Assembly: GCA_977030845.1 (NCBI GenBank)
Contig: OZ365110.1
Coordinates: 38,750,001 to 38,814,000 of the forward strand
Source of the DNA: Fimbriosthenelais zetlandica
Lineage: Eukaryota
Direction of reading: 5' to 3'
DNA length: 64,000 bases
The notes beneath the pieces were generated by a model. That model was not told the DNA's origin and did not search any database. It saw nothing but the letters and a program-made list of their open reading frames with translations. Positions 36,628 to 47,815 of the stretch are shown piece after piece (the first letter of the stretch is position 1; the number at the start of each line of letters is the position of its first letter). A program made the translations under genes and the position numbers.

Positions 36628-37868
36628 GTGAGTGTGCGCTTTTTATGATTCCATATGTTAGGATGTGGTAGCTACTATACAATCTCGACCACTACAGGTG
36701 TTGCTCTCCCCAGTACCTGATCACTGAACGATGGTCTTCAGTAGATCGCAAGGTGCGACAGGAAGCTATCGTTGTCGCCTGCAGCGATATCACAGCTAAA
36801 GCTATGAGGCACCAGCAGCGAAAGCTCTATTCCTCAATGGGAGGTGCGGAGGAGTGGCGCTGTTTGGCAATATTTTTGTATACAGAACGAACAATGTCAT
36901 GGTGTGGGCTTTCTTCTGCGGGTGAAAGCTTTTGCCTATTGGCCTTTTCTTCCTCCTCTACTCTCTACCTCCACTTCCTTGTATCTGAATGTATGGGAAA
37001 ACTGGGCAGAGGATGGATTCATGGTAGCAGCTGTTCACTTAAAACAACCTTCTCCCATATCCAAGCCTCTGCTGGTACCGTTTACTCTGAGGCCCATATA
37101 GGCTGTGAGTGGGTAATTGCTGGTATAATAAGGAGTGGGACTTCCCCTGTAGGAGTGAAGAAGAGGAGAAGGAAAAGAGATGGAGAAGAGAATTGACTGG
37201 AGGGCATGTATAAGGTAGGGCCAGATCAAATCTCCAACCATTACTGGAACCAGCATCAACTGCCATACGGACCTGCCACCAACATCTCCCACCACCACTG
37301 GCACCACATCCCTCCCACCACACCACCACTAGAGGACAAGCACCACACACGAAGGGAGAAGCTCTTGGAGGCTGGTGGTGCACACATGCACACGCTGCTG
37401 TTGTCAGCATGCATCTGTCACGCCTCCAGCGTTCCAATCAATCATTTGGTATCTGGTATTTGGTCTCCCCTTGTCCCAGCGCTGCAGCAGCCGTGCAAAA
37501 CCTAGTCCATAGACTTAGCCTTTTACACCATGACCGGATCCCCTCTTCTCTCTTCTTCACCCTTTGGTTTTGTACTCACCTTTATAAGCCATTATAGCAC
37601 AGTTTGTATGGATGGACCAACTAACTCGAAACAATCTGAAAAGCATGGATAATCCATATATCTGTGCCAGAAACAGGTGGTTCGTTTCATTTCAACATGA
37701 GGCTATACATACGTGAGCTTCCTTTCATGTCGATACGAGGAGTAGATTTAAAGTGGCAAAAGTGACCACTTGCACCACCATAGCACCACCTCTACCACCA
37801 TAGTTTGACCTAGCCATCTCTAAACTTGGTTCCACCCACCCCTGATCTAGTCAAGCCAAATGCTTCAG

Positions 37869-38145
37869 ACTTTCGGTGCCATCTTTAGATGTGAACAGGC
37901 GGCCCAGAACGCTTCCATATGGTGACTATACCCCCTGGGATGATGAAGCAGTTTCAGGGATTCGAATGGAGAGGCAGAGAAGATCCAACAGGTTGTCTAT
38001 GGGCACTTTAATGGTTTGCGCTCCAGGCTACTGCTCGCCTACCCCACACGCTCTCTCGCTCTACTCCCATATGGCCGTCTCCAGTGGTTTGTATTGGACC
38101 AGACCCCGTCTATCAGCCTTTCCCATATGGGGCACTTTTCCAGAG
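37869..38145 (+). ncRNA. Predicted exon of the mir-137 host transcript
   Basis: Consensus donor GAG|GTAAGT at 38146; acceptor atgcttcag is weak. Confidence 0.45.
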
Positions 38146-38687
38146 GTAAGTGCAGACTGCATATATATTTGTGTTAACTTATCCCATTCGGATATTCTTT
38201 CCATTCCAAGTGAGTGTACTTTATGGCTTTTTTTGATGTGGGTTTCATCTCACTTTGCCAAGATGATTGATCGAGAGTGGGTATTTGCTGAAAGGGCGCA
38301 ACTAAAAGACTCCATCTTTCCTGCACCTTGTTGTGATGGAACTTGAACCCTTTAGGGAATATGAAGGGCCTAAGTCCCTGAGAAGCACCTTAAATTGTCT
38401 GTTTGTTTATTATATTGATCAATGGTTCGATCTACAAATACTACATATTTATTGGGGAGATTGTAACGATATTGTGTGACAACTCCTCCACTGTGTATTT
38501 ACTCAATGTATATTTCAAGAGATGCCTTGAATCATTATCCATCTCATCTGTTAATGTACAATTATGATGTAGCATATGGTAACAATATGAGTTGAAACTC
38601 ACCATGGAATTGGGAGTAAGCAACGTTCAGCTCATTCTCTCTCCAACCTGGAAGATTCAGAGCCTGACAATAACGTTTCCAGGATAC

Positions 38688-38748
38688 TTCCGCGTCAGCC
38701 AATCAGCGAGAAGAAGCAAGGAGTACTCCATTAGTTCTTCTTCCCCAG
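38688..38748 (+). promoter_or_regulatory. CCAAT box and strong splice acceptor immediately upstream of mir-137
   Basis: cttccgcgtcagCCAATcag (CCAAT 38699-38703), then ttagttcttcttccccag with AG at 38747-48. Confidence 0.55.
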
Positions 38749-38787
38749 GCCGCTAGAGCGCTCATGAATCCTAATCGCCCAACTGCA

Positions 38788-38858
38788 TTGATTACGCGTA
38801 TTCTTGGGTGAATAATATACCACTAAGGATGTTATTGCTTGAGAATACACGTAGTCAA
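38788..38858 (+). ncRNA. mir-137: microRNA precursor mir-137 (5p ~38794-38816, 3p 38832-38854)
   Basis: 3p arm TTATTGCTTGAGAATACACGTAG matches the invertebrate mature miR-137 as I recall it (vertebrate form UUAUUGCUUAAGAAUACGCGUAG). 5p arm ACGCGTATTCTTGGGTGAATAAT resembles vertebrate ACGGGUAUUCUUGGGUGGAUAAU. The arms pair with one C/A mismatch, G:U pairs and one bulge, with basal stem ttgatt/agtcaa and a ~15-nt loop. Confidence 0.97.
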
Positions 38859-41654
38859 CGTTGTTAATACGACTTCATGGATTTCATCGGCATGAGAGCA
38901 GCAGGAGGCTGGAGGACATCTCTATCGTGGATTACCTTGACAACTCTTAAAAGCTTTTATGTCTGCAACCCTCAGACTTAAGTGATAGCGATCCTGAAGG
39001 CCACCTTCCAATGTCTCTTCTTATCATGTCATATTATGAGGGAATGGTTTCCGTTTTAATATCAAATTTGCATGAAACACTCAGAATATTGTCCATATGT
39101 GTACTGTTGATATCAGGGTATCTTAGCAGGCCATCCGTTCATGAAAGGAATGACTCATCATTGAATATAGTCAATTAAGCATTAAATCTTATTATGGTAT
39201 TTTGGCCTATTTGTTATATTCTCTCAACAGCGCGTCATATATCAGGTGGTTTGAGACAGGCTCGAAATGTCTTCACTAATGCCTCTTACCATTATCCCAA
39301 AGACTGCCTAATGAGTACTGCCTTGGTAATGAGCGATAATAAGGGTATGTCACAGAACATCCTGGCTTCCATGCAGGGCCTCGCTTCAATAGAATGTTAC
39401 ACTACATTATCCTACAGACTAATGCAGTGGATATTTATTTTGAAATGGACCCAAGGTATGAGGAGATTGCTTTATCCTCTCATATATTATAGCACGGATA
39501 CTACCAAAATTACCTGTACATGTAGACTACCAAACTCGTACACCTGTAGAGTACTGTTACAGTATAACTATCTTATTGTATCTTCTTACATAATGGGATA
39601 TTATTGAACATATATAATGTAGAAACAACGAAAATAGATTAGTTTGTAACAAGTTTACAATCGCCATCGACTTATTCGAAGTTCTAGGATTCTAGGAAAG
39701 TTGTACGTGAAAACTAGGCATACCTGAGTGGTTATTTCTGATCCTCTGGAGCATACGAATCACTTTTCCTAACAGGCTGTCTGTACTTCAGCTCTTTTAG
39801 TATCTCCTAAAGTTATATCTATCTATAAAAGGTGTCTAGTGATTCCCCATCCATTCACATACACGAGCTTCATTCTTGACATTGATACCACAAGGTCTGA
39901 TGCTTCTATTAGTCTTAAGTACTATTAAGTAGCATTAGTTGGACTTACTACTAGGTTGTAAACCTAAGGCTCTATTTCTGAAGTCCATTTTGTGATATTT
40001 TATCAGTTACATACATCGCTTATCAGTTTATATCATATTATTCATAGCCTGTAATAAATGAATGAATATGTATGAGTTATAATCCGTAATATGCTGCCAC
40101 TAGATATCTATTAAAATGATCAATACCCGATGAATTCAGATTTAACGCTATGTCATCAACTTATATGTCATCTTCATGATGAGTACCAAGTTTTAATAAC
40201 TATAATAGGTGGGAAAAGCTTATGATTTAAATAAGTTCAGAGAAAAAGTAAGTTCAGTAAGGTAAATATATTTTATTGCGCATTTAGGTCTATAGACTGC
40301 GTTTTTCATGTTTGAAAAGTATGGTGTCCACACTGAGGGAGCTGAATCAGTCCGCGATATCAGGCTCTCTTGATAATCCATTGCATTTTGGGCCAAAAAC
40401 TGCTTAACATTGCCTAAATCCATGCATGCCGGACAGCGGACAGTCCTTTGGTGTGGACACCCTGCTTAATGTTTTCCCATTTGCTGCCTTGGATATGAGG
40501 ATGACACCCCCTTATTTACAGCCTTCTCCATTCTGATTAGCCCCTCGGTATCAGCTTAAACCCCCATAATGAACTGTCCCCAGGTCTTCTAGCACTAGGT
40601 TTCCTCTCCTTCCTACTTTTCCTCTTACTCTATCATCAGCAGCAGTAGCAGTAAAGGAGGAGCAGCTGCTGTAGCCGGAGGGGGGTGAAAGAGGAAAGGA
40701 GCCTGTAGCTCCGGGCGGCTAGTGGTCAGGCCATATAGGAGTCCAGACAGGCGGGAGGTGGGGCTCTGAGGACCGGGGAGGAGAGATCCCTGAGCCCCGA
40801 GCCCTGCCTAACCCTGCCTCTGTCCCAGTATGGAGTGATTCACGATCTCAACTGAGCCCAAAGCAAAGGAGCAGCTCATCAGAACAACTCATCAACTCCC
40901 AGAGGCACTGAATGCTATATTTAGACGTAGATGGGTTCTTTAGAGATTTATTGCCCCTTTGAAAATGTATAGTTCCCCATGAAACGTCTTGCAGAATATT
41001 TTTGTGAAGGTTTCTAGCTGGATTCCTATTCAAAGTATATCAGTCACGGTCTTAGTCATGTAATTGTATAAATTCCTTACATGAAAATGTTTGTTATTTT
41101 GTTAATAAAGATGATGCTAAAATGGGATTAGACCCAAATTGGTAAACTACGTACCATATTTACTGTATAAATTCATTTATGTTCATGATCTATCATAATA
41201 AATGCTGTTCTGAACAGGACATCCCCTTTCCCACCTTCCTTTAAAAGCAATCATAAGGTATTTCGTCCTAAAAGGTGAAATCTCATTCATTGAATTTATA
41301 TTCTGAATCTATATAGCTACACCTCATAAAATAGAAAGAGCCTAAAAACAAACGTACAGTGTACCCTCAGCTAAATGGGTGCACATCTTAAGTCATTGCA
41401 CTAGGTTAGGGTAGTGATTTTTCCTTGTAGTGACAAAGCACTACTCTCCAGGCAATAGATCTATATAGCAACAGTTGATGGTGGGAGGATAGAGGAAGGC
41501 AACAGGTGGGAATGGACCCCTAACGTCGATACCCAATCTCGATCGAACTGACCTGGCAGGAGGCAAATTCACTGATTGTTTCCCTTCCTTTTATCTTACT
41601 GAATGGAAATTTGGTACGTTGGTCAACAAGCATGTTTTAACAGAGCATTATCTA

Positions 41655-41700
41655 GATGCACCTATAATGAAATATTAAAATATTTCATTATAGGTGCATC
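41655..41700. repeat. Perfect 46-bp inverted repeat (22-bp arms, 2-nt spacer)
   Basis: gatgcacctataatgaaatatt-aa-aatatttcattataggtgcatc. Confidence 0.95.
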
Positions 41701-44700
41701 CTGACCATCTAGATAATGAGGTATAGGCATAACTGTTAAATGTGCATCACTGCATGGCATGTTCAGCATGTGTCTCTTTCTCTCGCTATAAACTTCCAGA
41801 CACTTTATTAGGACATTCCACCCGACTCTTTCTCCGTATACTTCTAAGTTATAGAAAAAGGGATGGGCAGTTATTCAAATTTCTGAAATTATTTTGCCCT
41901 ATTAAAGCTGAGATGAGGTGTGAGGATAGGGCGTAGTCCCTTCAACAAATGAACGGTAAAGGGCGTTTACCACGGAAGTAATTAAAACAGGTAGCTTCTA
42001 TAACATACTAAGGCATACCAAGGTACGAGAGTTAGGGTATCGCGGCATAGCTTGACCAAGTTATTAATGGGTGGAGTCCCCATGAAACTGAAAAATAATG
42101 ATATGTTTCATAACACATGTGGATATGATTCTAACTCATTATTCACATGTTAATTTAGGCATCCCATAAAATGTGTGTATCAAAAAATATGGAAGGGATG
42201 TCGCGAATGATAACAGATGAAGTGGATCTAGATCTATGCATTAAAGAATTGATCTTTAAAAACCACCATATGAATCAGATTTTGTAATGGCAAGACAACG
42301 CAAAGTTTATCTGCTATTTATCTGCTTTAAATTACGTATTCACTAGAGGCAGAGATTATTCCCTCTTGAATGACTGAAATGGCGGACAATGGATGGTGCA
42401 AAGGAGGAATGGAAAGATGTTTACTCCTTACTGTTCTCATCTCTAATTGAGCTTATCTCAGTGGGCATAAGGTTGTTCTCCTTCATGAAAAGAGGACATT
42501 GCTGGAGGAAGTTTTCTTATGGAGTCCACGTAGAGGCTAATCAGCCAAACAGATAAAACCAAAGATTAACTTCCTATCTGGGCAAAAAAAGCCCTTACCT
42601 GATATACTCATTGTGTATCAATAGATAATTTGAGGATTCATGCGGATGTTCTGTTCATTTTCATCACAATAGAGCCAAAATGACTAACCAAGTATTGGAA
42701 AACCTTCCTTCAGACAAAACTGCCCGTCAACAATGGCTTCCAGTCGGCCAGATTTAAACATTGACTTTGACAAGCATTGCCACTGTTGATTATGGTAGTA
42801 GAATCATATGAGTGCACTTGAAAGGTTTTCAGAAAAACACATCCAGAAACTGGCTTTCAATAGAACATCACTAGGTAATATTACTTTGATGTTGCTTTGA
42901 AGAGGACTTCTGACAGGTGTGTCATGTGAAAGTTCATAAAGATATGATTCTAGCTCATTTTCATGTCAAAAACAATGTTATGGTTAATTCCTCTTAACCG
43001 TTTTGAGGATATATCTTGCACAATATTGAGGTCCTGATCTTTGCAACTTCCCATGCCTATATTTTGTCATTTTATTTTTCATCTATTGCCGAGCTAGGTA
43101 GCTGGAATCCATGTTTGGTATGCATCATAATGCAGCAGGCTCCTTCATGTACTATTCATAGAGATCTATTCTCTTTCAGCTAGTTGTCACATTTAATTGA
43201 GCAGGCTTTTCCCCGTAGGGAATTTGATTTTCAATTAAAAATTTGATTCGACAATAGTTGAGATATCCTGTTCCCTTGGGCTAGCAAGTACAAATTTATA
43301 CTCCTGGCCCAATACTACAATTTGCATTTTCTTCGTGTGGCAAATGAGAGAAATCTTTTGAGATTATGTAGGTAATATCCAGACGATGATGGATATTGGA
43401 CATCAATCAGAACATGTGGAAAGTATATCAAGCGTCTTAGTTCATGCAACTTCATTTGCATTGCAAATCATTCCTATTGACAGACTGGCTGGGTTACTGC
43501 CATTGTTCATCTATTACCTCATTAGAGAGGACAGTATCTGTAGGTCCTGTGCTTCTTTCAGTCAGCCACAAGATTTTTATCCCGATACAGGCAGCTTTGT
43601 CTGCCAAATTAGGAATGGCTCAGGCCTGAAAATATCAAAACCATTGCTGTCACAGCTTGTTGATTAACTATTGATCTACGGCTCATAAATGAATCAAAAC
43701 ATTGATTCGGGTTTGTGTTCTGGAATCATACATTGTTCAACAGTTTCAATCTTGCAAAAACTCTTATTTAAAAAGTTAACATGGAGGATGTGTCGACAAT
43801 AGGCTATGTTCATGTCCTTTATCCTGAATTCTAGCTCAAATGCAGCTCTGCCATTGAGCTTATGACAAGAACCAGTGAAGTTTCTGCTAAAATGACCTCT
43901 ATAATTAGAAATAATCTCAAATACTAACATGGCTAGAATGAAATGTAAATGGGTCACTGCAAAATAAAACTAGCTACTAGAAGTAGAGTAATTGAGTATC
44001 ATGCTTCCTGACATAGAGTGTTTAGTATGACGTATGAGAATCTATAGTTTAATGGCAGAAATGAGTTCAAAAACAATAAAGAGAAAGACAAGCAAAAGTT
44101 GTTCATTACTTTTAAAACGACATACTTTTATAGAACAACAAACAAAGACCATCGCCCATATAGTTGCTCTTCCCATCTAGCAAGAACATTCCAGATGCAT
44201 TTAAGCTAAATTTCAACTTTTGGCCTGCAAATAAGTATCAAATACATGATTGTATTCTATAGAAATGACAAAACGAAAAACCAACGACATGTAGCAAACA
44301 CAGTTTAGTATACTTCCAAGAGCAAGATATCGAAGACTACATTCGCCACGCTGATGCATGCCCTCCTGGCAGAGCAGCCAAGCAGTCTGACCATGCAGTC
44401 AGACCTTGGCCCTTCTCCCAGTCTGTTACCTGTTACATCTGCCATAAATCAGTCGGCACTAAGCCTCCCAGAATCACACATTAATGGCATACTAACTCTC
44501 CTGCTTCTCTGGGGGTGATTCTCTGGGGATTCCCAGCCCGTCAGGGAGCTCCGTCTGGTGGCCTGATAACTGGCTCTGGCCCATTCTAAAACCTCTCCTC
44601 CGCTCTGTGTATTTTACATCTTCAGCATGTGTTTGAAGCAGCAAGTCCAAAGCTAGGTAATTGTTACACTGAACAACCCCTGCTGAACGAATATTCTAAA

Positions 44701-45084
44701 AGCCAAAGCCAGCAGTTCATGATTAAACATTTTGTTATTGTTGGTCAAACTAGTTACTCCTTACTACCAAAAACTAATACTTCAACATCGTAATCCTCTC
44801 ACTTTCGTAGCTTTCGGCTTGGTTGGGGTATTTTCCTGTCGCATGCTTGATGCCTTTGTTGCGACCTTTTAAGTAAACCAACAGTAGTCATACGTTCAGC
44901 ACACGGTAACTCAAAATTGCTTGCCTCATGGCAGTGTGGGTCATGTACATAGCTTAATGTGAAATGAAAAAGGTATTTCCTCTAGTTATTATGGAATGCA
45001 TGTGAGATGTCAGACCATGGCATTCATAGATGAGGAATCTGTTTCTACATGCTTGATTACACCAATACGAAGAAAGACCCCTGA

Positions 45085-45230
45085 TGTTACCATGCAGCAC
45101 ACACGTGCAACAAGTCATGTGACGGTCATTTCCGTCTGTCGCCATCACTTGGTGTAATCACACTGGTGGGAAAGATAACGAATGAGCACCAAGTGCAATA
45201 TCCTTGTGGCGCGCATGCGCAGAAGGCATC
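45085..45230. promoter_or_regulatory. Housekeeping-type promoter motif cluster
   Basis: Exact NRF1-type palindrome GCGCATGCGC (45211-45220), M-box/CLEAR-like GTCATGTGAC (45114-45123), ETS-like cggaaatg and YY1-like gatggcg on -, and a minus-strand donor G|GTAACA at 45090. Confidence 0.45.
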
Positions 45231-47515
45231 AAACACACATTTATATTGATCAGGGTGTGAGTTCTCGCGCTATGACACGTGGGGGGATTTGAAGCGAGAT
45301 CTGGTGGGTGTTGGTGATTGTGGGGATGGTGGTGCCTGAACATGTCGAGAAGCCAACAGGTCCCCCCGACCATTGCCTACATGGCTTCGAAGTCATTATA
45401 GGGAAGCCAAATCCAAATGAGGCCAGGGTTAAATGCATGTGTTCATCATTACACACCCTGACATATGGCACGGGTCACAGTCACAATGACTCCTGACTTT
45501 ATAGGGCTTTTTGATTGTTCATTACCTTACACAGGAGTCTCACAGGAAACAAAATCAAGCAGACATAGTATTCTCACCTTTGTAAACGTATTTATAAACT
45601 TAATAATTATCAAATTGTCATTAATATCCAGAAAAAACTGATGGGCTCTTGTAAATGTGATGCTAATGTGTATAGTTGGATAATTATTATTGTTTGATCT
45701 GTTTTAGAACAGTCCCGCATTGCCTAATGTTGGAATGGCCTCCTTAAAGGCACTCATTGTGCCTTTAACTTGTGGCTTAAGGTTGTTAATACTTCAGCTT
45801 TTATGACACGATGAGGAGGCAAACCGTTTTATGTGTACATTGCCAAGACACAGTATTGCTTTCAACTTTCCTTTTCCGTCGAGTCACTGATTGATATCCT
45901 TCTCTTGTGAATAAGAACTCTTAGAAGAAGTGAAACTATCATCTCAGCCACTTAAAATTTCACCGACAGGTTTCTGGGTGGCAATGGGCATCAAATTACG
46001 TTTGTTTTTATGAAGCTTTATGGATAACTATTATTTACGTTTTTTACATATTGCAAACTCTGTATCCTCTGACATTTATGCCAGCATAGGCCTAAATGCC
46101 AGTAACAGTTAATTTTTGAATGAAGGACTTCTAGATTGCACTTAATATTGAACCATTCGTATATCTCCGTCTACGTATATAGGCCTAAATATATAAAGAC
46201 CAACTTTTATTTGTGAAAAAGCTACATTAATCTACATTGTGTGTGCAAATTATGCAAATTCTTCTCAGTTCCCAGTTCCTAGTGGCGTGAACATAATGAA
46301 GACAATGGTATTGCATGTCGTCTTGCCATAGTCACTGAACAGTAATTCTTCAGCAATGCATGCATTTACGCTGTAGTTCGTAGTACCAAGTCTCACTGGA
46401 AGTGATTTGATTAAGTCCATTCTCAAATTTCAGGTGCCCGTAGTCTATTATCCAATTTCAGAACTAAGGTGAGAATTTTTATAGTATTCGAGCTTCGTAA
46501 TATATGAACAAAAGACAATTATTTATGTCATAGGCTACACATCATGTATGTATTATACACTTGATAGTATAATAATACTAACACAGCTCGCCTGTACACC
46601 ATTGGACACAGAAGACTGGGTGGGTTTGGTCCGTACCATCATGGTGGACTAGGCCATATTTCTCCTGGGCTTTATGTTCTCCATCAGCATAAACCTGCCC
46701 TCCCTGAGCAGCTCATCAACTCTGCCTCTACCCCACCGCAGGATATGAGCTACTCAGGGTTCATAATTATGGACTTGTGTCAGACAATATGTCCTGAATT
46801 TTGAGAGAACTTGAAATGTTACCATTATTAAATTGGAGTCGTGTTGACACTCCTTGACAACAAGTACCAAGTCGAGGTTTAAATTCATGCTCCTTTTTAG
46901 AAGTATTTAATTGGATACAAAAAGAGATAATGTAACTTTACAAGTCACAATAAAGTTAAAGTTACAACTAATCACAATGCTATAGTAACGAATCATGCTA
47001 TAGTAACTGTTCACCTAGTTAATGTACACCCAAGTTTATCAATGATTACTCCTGTCTCTCCTGTCAGTTCAGTACTGTTTTTAGAATTTATTCGGTTATA
47101 GCAAAATTTGCTTCAACAATTGTTATTTGCAGTATGGAGTCAGTGAGTCTGTATCCCATCAATTCCCCCTTTACCATTGTCATCTCGGGTCATTGATATT
47201 TTCTGATATAATTTGCTATAATTTTTCATCACTTGTCACCTGTGTCATTTCACTCATGGCAGTGCCCACTGACATGTGCTCTAATTCCTATTACAGACAC
47301 CTCCCCCACACGTTGACTTTTCTTGCAATGAATGAATTTCAGAACGAAGCCCTGTTGCTCCTGCTGTGGATCTTGATGTTTAATGTGTCAGGCTAAGCCA
47401 GACTGCATATCAATAGGCAAGGCAGCATGTTTCATAGGTCTGGCATTTCCATAAAAGGCACAGACCAGCCGTTATGACAGCCATAATGCACATTGTTTGC
47501 TACTATCACATACAG

Positions 47516-47815
47516 TATTCATGGTCACATTCGGGCTGCCTACCCTGGGGAATGCCTTGGATGCCGCGCGAGGGACTCAGAGGCCGGGACGACATCCAAG
47601 GCGAGCGATTACCTCAGGGCCTTCAGAGACTGCACGATTTGTGGTCCCAACTGCCTGCCCAGCACAGCCCCACTCCTGTCTACAGTAACATTGTCCACTA
47701 CCCTGACCAAATCTTTGCCACTGTCAGGATGGATTTAGCAAATCCAACCCAGGCGTCTCTTCTTAAGAGGAGGAAATTTAATCCAGGCCCATGGTCCGTT
47801 GGAGAAGAAACGTGA
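47516..47815 (+). other. Possible downstream exon (coding or host-transcript)
   Basis: Acceptor ctactatcacatacag, GC-richer than flanks, open 99 codons (YSWSHSGCLPWGMPW...LLKRRKFNPGPWSVGEET*); no family recognised. Confidence 0.25.

Noticed and set aside
36788-36810. TATCACAGCT..., miR-2 family-like start
   Set aside because: The remainder does not match miR-2/13 and no pre-miRNA-length stem is present.
44895-44939. ttcagcacacgg as an RE1/REST site and tggcagtgtgg as miR-34
   Set aside because: Only half of RE1 is present (and REST is not expected outside chordates); the miR-34-like string lacks the 3' half and a hairpin.
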